54,412 nt of DNA from a virus (Duplodnaviria; Caudoviricetes): IMG/VR virus record IMGVR_UViG_3300025543_000034, positions 1 through 54,412 of that record; one strand, 5' to 3'. Both the position numbers and the translations under genes were made by a program. The notes under the pieces were generated by a model. That model worked only from the letters and a program-made list of their open reading frames with translations. It was not told the DNA's origin and ran no database searches. How positions within the stretch are numbered: position 1 is the first letter of the stretch; every line of letters starts with the position of its first letter. Positions 1 through 9,005 of the stretch are shown here, in pieces.

Positions 1-40
1 TTACAGGAATGTTTGGGTATGGTGCCCATTTTGTTATTCC

Positions 41-370
41 TTACTGTGTGGTTATCATTATTAACTCGGCTCGTGCGTAATAACTACCACTTTTCTTTGC
101 CCAATCCATAGCATTATAGCCTTCATCGCACATATCTACATAAGGCTGTGCTCCTCTTAAACATAATAAGTAAACAATATCAGCTTTATCCGCTATAATA
201 GCATGGATTAGCAATGGTTTACCATCAATAATTTCAGTCGCATGGATTCGATTTACTATCAACATTGAATTTACTTTGTTGTAATTTCCTTCATTAATAG
301 CTTTTAACAGTTCTGTTTCAATATCGTTTGACATATTGAAAAATAACAAGAAAGATAAAATTAAGTTCAT
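41..370 (-). CDS. Small ankyrin-repeat-like protein with hydrophobic N-terminus
   Basis: GKPLLIHAIIADKADIVYLLCLRGA and GYNAMDWAK resemble the ankyrin consensus (G-TPLH-A---G--EIV--LL--GA); N-terminal MNLILSFLLFF. Confidence 0.65.
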   Translation of the reverse strand: MNLILSFLLFFNMSNDIETELLKAINEGNYNKVNSMLIVNRIHATEIIDGKPLLIHAIIADKADIVYLLCLRGAQPYVDMCDEGYNAMDWAKKSGSYYARAELIMITTQ

Positions 371-396
371 TTATAATAATTAAAGCGTTACATTAT

Positions 397-424
397 TATA
401 ATCACTTGATTCCCTGTTATTTAC
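397..424 (-). promoter_or_regulatory. Putative late promoter
   Basis: GTAA-N15-GTGATTATA. Confidence 0.45.
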
Positions 425-451
425 ACCCTTAAAATCACTTTTGCAAATGTC

Positions 452-805
452 TTAATTTGTCGATCTTCTTGTTGAGGGATTAGCAGCTTCTTGGGCTATT
501 AATTTATCAATATGATCTTGAACATCTTGTTTTGTTATCTTTAATTTTAATGCAATACCTCCATTCCAAAGACCTCTAGTCTTTTTATTCTTATCTAAAA
601 CTAGTATAGTTGGCACAGACTTGATTTGCTGTTTAAAAGAAGGTGGTTGATCTTCTAAAAACACATATTTTACCTTAGCATGTTTAAGCCCACTTAAATC
701 TAAATTATGTCTAGAGTTCCATGCGCTGTTGATGTGTAATACTTCGTATTGTGCACTTGAAAAATAACCACACATTAAAGTAAATATAATTAAAAGCTTT
801 TTCAT
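452..805 (-). CDS. Exported thioredoxin-fold-like protein lacking CxxC
   Basis: Signal peptide MKKLLIIFTLMCGYFSSA; VLHINSAWN at the usual F-A-WC position; IKSVPTILVLD cis-Pro motif. Confidence 0.55.
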   Translation of the reverse strand: MKKLLIIFTLMCGYFSSAQYEVLHINSAWNSRHNLDLSGLKHAKVKYVFLEDQPPSFKQQIKSVPTILVLDKNKKTRGLWNGGIALKLKITKQDVQDHIDKLIAQEAANPSTRRSTN

Positions 806-809
806 TTGA

Positions 810-1094
810 TTATTTGTTGTTTATAATTGTGAACAGTTTGTCGTCGATTTTATCTAGCTTTTCACTATTGTCTTGAACTTTTTCGTCAATGTCCATGATA
901 GTAGATCTTACTAGCTCATCTTTAAGATCGTATTCTGTTCTACTTACCTCTGGTTTAGGTAGTTCTTTTGCAAGATCAATATCTTTTTGCAAAGTAAAGT
1001 ACATAGCAGCTAAACTAACTGCACCTGCAACTAGCATACCAATTGTTTTTAAGTCTAGTTGTACCTCTGTGTTTTCTGAAATTTTTTGAGCCAT
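810..1094 (-). CDS. Single-TM coiled-coil protein (possible inner spanin or holin-like)
   Basis: TM segment IGMLVAGAVSLAAMYFTL followed by a charged coiled-coil; adjacent to a lipoprotein gene. Confidence 0.4.
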   Translation of the reverse strand: MAQKISENTEVQLDLKTIGMLVAGAVSLAAMYFTLQKDIDLAKELPKPEVSRTEYDLKDELVRSTIMDIDEKVQDNSEKLDKIDDKLFTIINNK

Positions 1095-1466
1095 TTAATT
1101 TTTCATTTTCAGTTTAGAGTTGTTGACATCTAATCTTGATATATCTTTAGATTCAGCTTTACCCTTACTATTATTGTTGTTATTATTGTTATTAGAATTG
1201 TTATTGCTAGGTACATAAATAGGTTCACTCCTATGTCTGTAATAGCCTTCATTGTACCAGTTGTTATAATATCTAGGATAACTGGGATACGATACAATAT
1301 TATAATAAACATTTGGTTTAATCATGTTTATAGGTAATCTCAAGGTGTCACCTTGCTCTGTTACAGCTAACACGTGAGTTATCTGTATTTTAGGTTTTTT
1401 AGTGTGTGTTCCGCAACTACTTACAATAGCAGCTAGAACAAAAAGGACAATTTTCCATAATTTCAT
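1095..1466 (-). CDS. Predicted lipoprotein (possible outer spanin)
   Basis: MKLWKIVLFVLAAIVSSC lipobox-like signal; Tyr/Pro-rich middle; poly-Asn tract. Confidence 0.5.
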   Translation of the reverse strand: MKLWKIVLFVLAAIVSSCGTHTKKPKIQITHVLAVTEQGDTLRLPINMIKPNVYYNIVSYPSYPRYYNNWYNEGYYRHRSEPIYVPSNNNSNNNNNNNNSKGKAESKDISRLDVNNSKLKMKN

Positions 1467-1467
1467 A

Positions 1468-4400
1468 TTATTTATTTGTTAATTCAATTATTTTATTAAC
1501 TCTATCATCTTCGTATTTAAGCTCTTTTATTTCTTTTTTAGTTAAACCTAGATTTATTAAAGATTTTACTTGATCAGATTTATTAGTATCAACTATAGAG
1601 TCTCTACGTTTCATCTGTTTTATTTCTTCTTTAGTTTTACCTTTATACTTTTCAAGTTCTTTTAGCCTTTTTCTTTCGGCTCTATCATCTATAACTTTTT
1701 GTTTTCTAGCTTTTTCTTTAGCTTCTTTAGATTCTATCTTGACAAGATCTCTTTCTTCATTTTTAGTACCAACATCCCATGTTCTATAACCTAATGCTAA
1801 TGCTATCCTTTGAAATGTAGTGTTTCTAGCATCTAATGTTTCTACAATAGCGTCTATTTCTACAACCGCTCTTTCAAGTGGTAAGTTAGTTATTGCTTCA
1901 GCAAGTGATGCTACAACTTGATACGAAGGGCTAAGGTTTACTTTACCTTTTAGTGTTATATCCCAACCTTGCTCTTTTATAACTTCTTTATTATAATCTT
2001 TAGCTTTTATAGCGTTGTTAATTTTTCTAAGCTTAGAACCAACAGGTGGACTTAAATTTAAAGCTTCTAATAATGTATTTCTATGATCTTTACCAAATGC
2101 ATCTTTTTTCTCTTCTTTAAAATATGTCATTATAGTATTTTTAAGAGTAGCTACAATAGCTCCATATACTCCAGAACCTCTAAGCATAGTGTCAACCATA
2201 CTGTTAACTATTCTTTCTCCTTTTTTATCAAGAGTTTGTTTTTTCTTTTCTTCATCTTCTTCATCACTAAATCCAGGTATAGTAGCAAATAAAGCATTTT
2301 GCAATGTAGCAAATATCATACCTTGAATAGCACCGTAGTATATCATTTTAGATACATTAGTTTTTTGATCACCTCTTCTATTGATAAAGTCTCTTGATGC
2401 TTTGTTAAATATTCTAGTAACCTGAGCAGGTGTATTTTGAAATGCTAAAAGTAATCTACCTAATGTGCTAGCTTGTTGTTGCGATATTAACATAGGATCA
2501 GCTGACTGTTGCGACACGTCTGATGTTGCAGAAAAATCTTCAAAAGCTTTATTAGCAGCTTCTTGCTCTGATAAACCTTGTTTTTTATAAGTATTTAGTC
2601 TGTTTCTATAAAACGTAGCACCACCTGATGCAATAGCAAAACTATCCGCAAGCTGTGTTGGTGTAAAACCTATTTTAAGTAAATAACTTAATATTGCTTG
2701 TGGCTTGTTTAAAGCACCTTTAGCAGCATTAGCTAGTTCAGCTTCATTAACATCTTTTCTTAATCCTGATCTTCTTTGTTTTAGCTTAGGTGAGTTCCAC
2801 AATGTAGCAAAATCTTTCCAATACTGAGGTTGATTTCCAAAAGCTAAAGCAGCTTTATATGGATTGTTATCTGACCAGTTTAAAAAATTCACAGAAGATA
2901 TGGTTTGTAACAATGCTGATTTTCTGTTAAAAAACATTATAGCACCAATAGAGTTGTTTACCCAGTTGTTAAATTGATTAGTTAATTTATTGGTACCAGA
3001 AGGTCTGTTAGTACCATTTTTCATACGATACAATGAGTCTTCCATTGCTTCTCTCCAATTTGTACCTAAAGCAACTTCCATTTTATTTAGGTTTTCTTTA
3101 GAAAATATTACATCAGAGTTTGCTATAAATTCAGCTAAAAATTGTTTTCTACCAACTTTGTTTGTTAAATTATTTAAATCAGATATTAAACTTTCAGAAT
3201 CCCAATAAGCACTAGGTTCAACCCATTTATCTCTTTTACTAATTAATAGAGTTGAGTCGTTAAATAAATTTAACTGAGGGTCATTTGTAACAACACTATT
3301 TAATTTTTTAATATCACGTTTAGATAAACCTGGTATTTCAAAACCAGCTCTGGTCCAAAGATTAACTCTCAAAGCCTGATCAAAAGTAAACTCAGTACCT
3401 GGTACAATTTTACCTAGTTTTTTAGCTACTTTAGGATTTTGTTTTAATAAAGTGGCATAATCATTTTTTAAAGCTTGCCTATACTTGTCTATATCTGCAA
3501 TACCTTTTTGATATGGTTTTACTAAATTATCTTGTACCCATTTTTGTTGTTGTTCACCTTTTCTACCTTTACCATATAAATCATACATTAAACCTTGAAA
3601 ATCCTGAGCACCTGAAGCAATTAATTTAAAGTTTCTTACCCCTGCGCCACGTCTTTTAGCTACAATATCAGAAAACCTTTTTCTTGCATCAATACCTTTA
3701 GTATCGCTAATTATATTGTTTATATCCACATCTAACTGAACAGTATCTGGTAATGAAGGTTTTAGTTTAGGGTTTTTAGCTAAAGCATCTTGACCTTTTT
3801 TTATTGTATTGTTTGCTTTTTGTATAGAAGGAGCTATTTTTATAAAATTATTTAAAGATTCTGCATTATCTAAACTTACATCTGATTCTACTACATTAAA
3901 TGTTACTCCTTTTATAGCCTGAGGAACAACTCTCATAGTTATTTTAGCAGTTCCTTTGCTTTTACCCGTCACACCTGGTCTTATATAAGCATTTAAAGGT
4001 TGTTTACTAATGTCTGGTAGATTATAAATATTATTTTGACCCATGTTAAAAGTTCCTAAACCTTGAAACTGTATATCGTGTACTGGTATTTTTTTAGCAG
4101 CGTAAACATCACCAACATTTCCAAAATTTAAACCTAAAGAACCACTAGCATCATCAAAACTAATTAATCTTAAAGCTCCTTCAGCTTTTAGTTGATCATA
4201 TACTTTAGCTGGTATAGGATCTCCAATTTTATTCATTGTAACTCCATATTTAGCAGCAGCAGCTTGAAAACCTTTAAAGTCTAAATTTTTTATTTTTTCT
4301 ATTACAGCATCTGGCAAACCATTAGATTTTTTTATAGTTACTTTACCAGTATTTATATCAACATCATTTATTGTCCAACTACTATATTGAGCATTGGTCA

Positions 4401-7400
4401 TTTTTATTTCTACATTCCAAGGTGTGCCTTCTATTGTTGACTTAAAGTCTGGATCAAATGAACTTTTTGGAGGTGTTATACTTAATACTTTAAAAGCAGG
4501 ATTTTTTTTAGAAACATCTATTGCTACAGCTATATTTTGAGCTTCATATATAGTTCCTTTAATTCCTTTTTCAGCTAATCTTAAAACTTCAGTTACAAAT
4601 TCAGGAGTTCCTTGTAAAATATCCATGTTTTTAGCTGAATCTTGTAAAATATTTTCTACTATATCTCTTGCATCTTTTTTAGATAAATTAGCATCATTAG
4701 CTAAACTAAACATTAGTTTAGATTTACCTCTTTCAAGATTAGCTTTAGCTAAAATAGTTCTACTAACTTGAGGTTTTGTTTCAATTATATTTCTAGCACC
4801 TCTGTTAGCCATCTGTTCTGCAACACCTTTTAACAATCCTTTTATTGTTTGTGACTCAGAAGCTCTAGGAACATAATTAGGATCAACCTTACCATCCTTA
4901 ATACCTATAGCGGCATCGTAAACCTTGTTATCAAACTTTTTAGGAGTTCTAACTAAATTATTACCAACTCTTTTAGGTGGATTAAAAAATGTATTTAATA
5001 TGTTTCTACCTAGACCTAAACTTTCACCACCTACTTTTACAGGTTTACCACCTTTCTTTTTAGACGCAACAGTTTGTACTTGTTTATTAGCTTGGCCTAA
5101 AACTACATTTTTAATAAATGGTTTAGCAGTTAGTAATATTCTTTGTGCTTTTAAAGATTCAGACTTAGATAAGTTGTCTGCAGCATTAGATAATTTATTT
5201 GCAGGTATACCTATGGCTTTTGCTAAAACGTCATAAGGTGTTATAGCTTGTAATTGTTTAGATGTTAAGTTAGGACTAGTTATATCAATACCTTTTTCTT
5301 GTGCTAGTTTGTTTACACCATCTGTAAAATTTTTTTCAAATTGTTTTACATCAATTGATGGATCAGCTTTTTTAGCAAAATTCATTACATCAATTATAGG
5401 CTTAGTATCTGGAGTTGTTTCTGTTTCTGTTGTAGTATCCGCAACTTGTTGTGCTTGTGGACTATCTAAACTCTGTGTAACACCTTGTTCTGATGATTCA
5501 ACACCTAGTTTAGTTGCTAAAGCATTTAATCTTTGCATACCTGTGTTAGCCATATATCTATCAAAAGAAACTTGATTACCGTCTTTATCTTTTTTAGTTG
5601 GATCATATTTTTGTGCAATTTCAGCCAACTCTGTTTTAGCACTATCTAAATATGTTGCTTTATCTAATCCAGCTTTTTCTCTTATGTTTTTAGGTATACC
5701 TCTATAATATTTTGCAACAGCTCTATTAGCTACTTTACCAACCATTGTTTCAACTTGTGTAGCATCTACACCTTTAACTGTAGGTAAACTAGCTTTAGTT
5801 GTTGTTTTAGTTTGAGTTGCTGGTTTAGTTAATTTACCTTTTGCACCTTCTTTAGCGACTTGTAATGTTTGAGTACTTAATTTACCTTTGCTAATATCTT
5901 TTTGAAAGTTTTTAACAAAACTAACTACATCACTACCTTTATTAAATTTAGTTTGCCAGCCTAATTTACCAGCTGCATCAGTAATTAGTTTACCTATTTT
6001 TCCTAAAAAAGTTTCAGGTAATTTAATATCTTTTGTAGCTATAGCATCACCTAATAAGTTCATAGCTTCTTCATAAGCATCTGCTTCACTTATTTTACCA
6101 GCTTCTACAGCTCTTTGATATTGATCTATTCTACCAGCAAACTTAGATGTATCTATACCTTCTATTTTACCTAATTCAGATAAAACACTTTTACCAAAAG
6201 CTTTTTGTGCAGCAGGGTTACCTTTAAAGGTCTGAGCCATAATACCATGTAAAAACTCATGAGCAGCAACATTTACCTGTTTGTTTTTAAGCGCAGCGGC
6301 TTTGTTTATTATTATCTCACCTGTTTCTGGATTAAATGAACCAGGTAAGTTAGGATCTAACATGTCTTCTAATTCTACTGAATCAGAGTCTTTTGCCATA
6401 GATAGCTTTTGATTATTTCTTTTTTGTCTTTCTATATTTTCTTTACTTACATCTTCTATTTCTGTAACACTAACTCCATCAATATCTTGAGCCATGTCTT
6501 GTATAGTTTCAGTAGTAGCTTTATAATGTGCTTCAATAGCTGGTTCCATTATAGCATCTCTTTCTTGTGAAAGCTTACCATTTTCAAACTCTAAGCCATT
6601 GATTATTTCACTTTTCGCTGCACCATCTAAATTATTATCTGCTCTTATTATTTCAATAGATCTATTGTTATCAAACTCTTTTTTATGTATACTTATTAAT
6701 TCAGACTTTTGTTCTGGAGCTAAATAATCAGTGGACATAGCTTGATCAACTCTTATTTCTGAATTAGCAACAACTAAGTCATCTATTTTAGTTTCTATTA
6801 TATTTTTTGTTTTTGGATCAAGATTTTTATTTTTTAACTGATCAGATAAATTTATTATACTTGCAGCGTTAGCATCAAAACTAGCGTTTAAATTTTTAGT
6901 TTTAAAAGGCGCTAACATTTTGTTACCAATAGATGGTGCTCTAAATAATACACCACTCATGAATACACCACCAACGTACATCTCTTCTAAACCATCATAA
7001 AGATTTACATCTTTACCAAGAATATATCTATCTGCTAAGTTTTCAGAAAATCCAGCAAACATTTCACCTAAACCTTCTTCATTTACATCAAAAGCAAGCG
7101 CTTTGGCTTTGTTAAAATTGAAAATATTTTTCTTTAATCCTTCTGTAAAACTAGTTTTAACTTTATTTACTGGTATGTTTTTTACTTTTAATCTTTTTAA
7201 TTGGCCTAAAGTTAATCTTTCAGATAAAATTTCACCACCCGCAGTCATTAAAGCACCTCCATACATTTGCCAAGGTGAATAAGTGGCACCATCTTTCATT
7301 TCAAGTTCCATAGATCTAAACTTACCACCACCTGAAGCGGCACCTAATAAAGGTAATGCAGCTTGTGGTGCAAGAACCATAAGACCTATTTGAGGACCTT

Positions 7401-8994
7401 GAGTAGCGGCAAACTGTAAACCCCAATTAGCCCAATCTTTAGCACCATTTATATCATCATAAGATATAGGTTCAGCTACAGCAGATCTTAAATAATCACT
7501 ATAACCATATAATTCATCAAACTTATCTTCATCATTCCATAGTTTATCAAATTCAGGACTAGCTTTTGCTAAAGCATTAACAGCCATTTGAGCTGGACCA
7601 AACTTTTCTGGCAATGCAGAACTCATAGCTGGTAAAATTATATTTTTAACTATATTTTTAGTACTAAATTTATCAGCAAATTTTGTTATATTTATTCCTA
7701 AATCAAGAGCAGACGCACCAAGTAAACCGCCTAATTGAGTTATTCCGTTATGGTTTCTACCTATTAAATTACCATACTCTGCTATCTCTTCTACATTATT
7801 TACAATAAACTCATTATCTAATTGATTTTGCTCTAACACAGCCATGTGTTTATTTCTTTCTTTAGCTAGTTTCTCTAAATCAATTTTTAATTGTAAGTAC
7901 TCTTCTGTTGTTTCAGGCTTTTTCTTTGTTAATTTTTCAAATTTTTTGTTTATTAAATTTATATTATTAGCAGCATTTTTACTTGTAACTGTTAACTCAG
8001 CAGATGCTTTTTCCATCTTTCCGCTTAACATATCATACATTTCGCTTAACTCTTCCTGTTCTTCTGGCATACCTAAACCATATTTACCATCTGAGTTTTT
8101 AGCTTTTATAATATTATCAACAACATTTTTTTTATATTTTTTTACAGTTAAATCATCTGTATAAAGCTTGCGAGCTTCCATTAATATTTCTTGCTCCGTA
8201 AACTCTTTTTTAGGATCAGATAATTTTAATTTTTCTTTTGCTTTTTTTATAAAATCTTTTTGAGTATCTATTTTGTCTTGTGACTCTGAATCTAACGCAA
8301 TATCTTCACTACGGAATAAATCACCTACATCATCAATTAATTCACTAAGACCCGCTGCAATTCCGAAAGCCTCGTAATCATCACCTTTAACTTGTTCATC
8401 ATAATAATCTTGATCTCTTAAATTCTTAGGATTTAAATCAACATTATTAACACTACCGTCTTCATTTAGTTTAAATATTTCGTTAACACTATTATTAACT
8501 TCTTTTACTTGATCAAGTGTTAAATCACTTTCAGATTCAGCTTCTTGAAACGCTTTCCATTTATCATAATCTTCACCAAATATTTTTTTATTTAATTTTT
8601 CTGGATCTAATTTTGCTTTAGAAACATACTCTTCTAGTTTTATCTCTGGTACACTGGGTTTTGTTGGTACAAAATAATTAGCTTGTTGGCCAAAAGCACC
8701 TTGTTCTATATTAGATAAACCATATTGTCCTGGTAAATCTCCAAAAACCATATTATCAGGATTATTAGTTTCTACAGCTTGTTGATTAACAGTATCTTGC
8801 TCTTGTTGTTGTTCTTTTTCTTCAGTTGTTTGAACATCGCTAAAACTATTTATGTTTAGTGGCTCTGCACCAAGGTTTTTAGTTAAAAAACTATTTATGT
8901 TTAGTGGCTCTGCACCAAGGTTTTTAGTTAAAAAACTATCTACCTTTTCATCAGGAATATTGTATGTCTTACCATTAAACGTGTATCTTGGCAT
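1468..8994 (-). CDS. Giant internal/ejected virion protein, polyvalent (zincin HEFLH, sigma region-2-like, PD-(D/E)xK-like segments)
   Basis: 2508 aa, last of three genes after the nozzle; Gly/Ala hydrophobic helices in the N-terminal third; AAHEFLH..EE; YDPTKK..SFDRY..SLD; YE..DPDF..VEIK. Confidence 0.75.
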   Translation of the reverse strand: MPRYTFNGKTYNIPDEKVDSFLTKNLGAEPLNINSFLTKNLGAEPLNINSFSDVQTTEEKEQQQEQDTVNQQAVETNNPDNMVFGDLPGQYGLSNIEQGAFGQQANYFVPTKPSVPEIKLEEYVSKAKLDPEKLNKKIFGEDYDKWKAFQEAESESDLTLDQVKEVNNSVNEIFKLNEDGSVNNVDLNPKNLRDQDYYDEQVKGDDYEAFGIAAGLSELIDDVGDLFRSEDIALDSESQDKIDTQKDFIKKAKEKLKLSDPKKEFTEQEILMEARKLYTDDLTVKKYKKNVVDNIIKAKNSDGKYGLGMPEEQEELSEMYDMLSGKMEKASAELTVTSKNAANNINLINKKFEKLTKKKPETTEEYLQLKIDLEKLAKERNKHMAVLEQNQLDNEFIVNNVEEIAEYGNLIGRNHNGITQLGGLLGASALDLGINITKFADKFSTKNIVKNIILPAMSSALPEKFGPAQMAVNALAKASPEFDKLWNDEDKFDELYGYSDYLRSAVAEPISYDDINGAKDWANWGLQFAATQGPQIGLMVLAPQAALPLLGAASGGGKFRSMELEMKDGATYSPWQMYGGALMTAGGEILSERLTLGQLKRLKVKNIPVNKVKTSFTEGLKKNIFNFNKAKALAFDVNEEGLGEMFAGFSENLADRYILGKDVNLYDGLEEMYVGGVFMSGVLFRAPSIGNKMLAPFKTKNLNASFDANAASIINLSDQLKNKNLDPKTKNIIETKIDDLVVANSEIRVDQAMSTDYLAPEQKSELISIHKKEFDNNRSIEIIRADNNLDGAAKSEIINGLEFENGKLSQERDAIMEPAIEAHYKATTETIQDMAQDIDGVSVTEIEDVSKENIERQKRNNQKLSMAKDSDSVELEDMLDPNLPGSFNPETGEIIINKAAALKNKQVNVAAHEFLHGIMAQTFKGNPAAQKAFGKSVLSELGKIEGIDTSKFAGRIDQYQRAVEAGKISEADAYEEAMNLLGDAIATKDIKLPETFLGKIGKLITDAAGKLGWQTKFNKGSDVVSFVKNFQKDISKGKLSTQTLQVAKEGAKGKLTKPATQTKTTTKASLPTVKGVDATQVETMVGKVANRAVAKYYRGIPKNIREKAGLDKATYLDSAKTELAEIAQKYDPTKKDKDGNQVSFDRYMANTGMQRLNALATKLGVESSEQGVTQSLDSPQAQQVADTTTETETTPDTKPIIDVMNFAKKADPSIDVKQFEKNFTDGVNKLAQEKGIDITSPNLTSKQLQAITPYDVLAKAIGIPANKLSNAADNLSKSESLKAQRILLTAKPFIKNVVLGQANKQVQTVASKKKGGKPVKVGGESLGLGRNILNTFFNPPKRVGNNLVRTPKKFDNKVYDAAIGIKDGKVDPNYVPRASESQTIKGLLKGVAEQMANRGARNIIETKPQVSRTILAKANLERGKSKLMFSLANDANLSKKDARDIVENILQDSAKNMDILQGTPEFVTEVLRLAEKGIKGTIYEAQNIAVAIDVSKKNPAFKVLSITPPKSSFDPDFKSTIEGTPWNVEIKMTNAQYSSWTINDVDINTGKVTIKKSNGLPDAVIEKIKNLDFKGFQAAAAKYGVTMNKIGDPIPAKVYDQLKAEGALRLISFDDASGSLGLNFGNVGDVYAAKKIPVHDIQFQGLGTFNMGQNNIYNLPDISKQPLNAYIRPGVTGKSKGTAKITMRVVPQAIKGVTFNVVESDVSLDNAESLNNFIKIAPSIQKANNTIKKGQDALAKNPKLKPSLPDTVQLDVDINNIISDTKGIDARKRFSDIVAKRRGAGVRNFKLIASGAQDFQGLMYDLYGKGRKGEQQQKWVQDNLVKPYQKGIADIDKYRQALKNDYATLLKQNPKVAKKLGKIVPGTEFTFDQALRVNLWTRAGFEIPGLSKRDIKKLNSVVTNDPQLNLFNDSTLLISKRDKWVEPSAYWDSESLISDLNNLTNKVGRKQFLAEFIANSDVIFSKENLNKMEVALGTNWREAMEDSLYRMKNGTNRPSGTNKLTNQFNNWVNNSIGAIMFFNRKSALLQTISSVNFLNWSDNNPYKAALAFGNQPQYWKDFATLWNSPKLKQRRSGLRKDVNEAELANAAKGALNKPQAILSYLLKIGFTPTQLADSFAIASGGATFYRNRLNTYKKQGLSEQEAANKAFEDFSATSDVSQQSADPMLISQQQASTLGRLLLAFQNTPAQVTRIFNKASRDFINRRGDQKTNVSKMIYYGAIQGMIFATLQNALFATIPGFSDEEDEEKKKQTLDKKGERIVNSMVDTMLRGSGVYGAIVATLKNTIMTYFKEEKKDAFGKDHRNTLLEALNLSPPVGSKLRKINNAIKAKDYNKEVIKEQGWDITLKGKVNLSPSYQVVASLAEAITNLPLERAVVEIDAIVETLDARNTTFQRIALALGYRTWDVGTKNEERDLVKIESKEAKEKARKQKVIDDRAERKRLKELEKYKGKTKEEIKQMKRRDSIVDTNKSDQVKSLINLGLTKKEIKELKYEDDRVNKIIELTNK
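8842..8939. repeat. Perfect 45-bp tandem duplication (2.2 copies), in frame
   Basis: 8842-8886 identical to 8887-8931, plus 8 bp; encodes SFLTKNLGAEPLNIN twice. Confidence 0.95.
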
Positions 8995-9005
8995 AAAATT
9001 ATATT

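Noticed and set aside
5-41. Hairpin TGGGTA-TGG-TGCCCA at the window start as a terminator
   Set aside because: Weak stem with a 3-nt loop, and the context is cut by the window edge
1468-8994. crAss-type virion RNA polymerase
   Set aside because: No DxDGD/DFDID catalytic motif found in this or the two neighbouring ejected proteins
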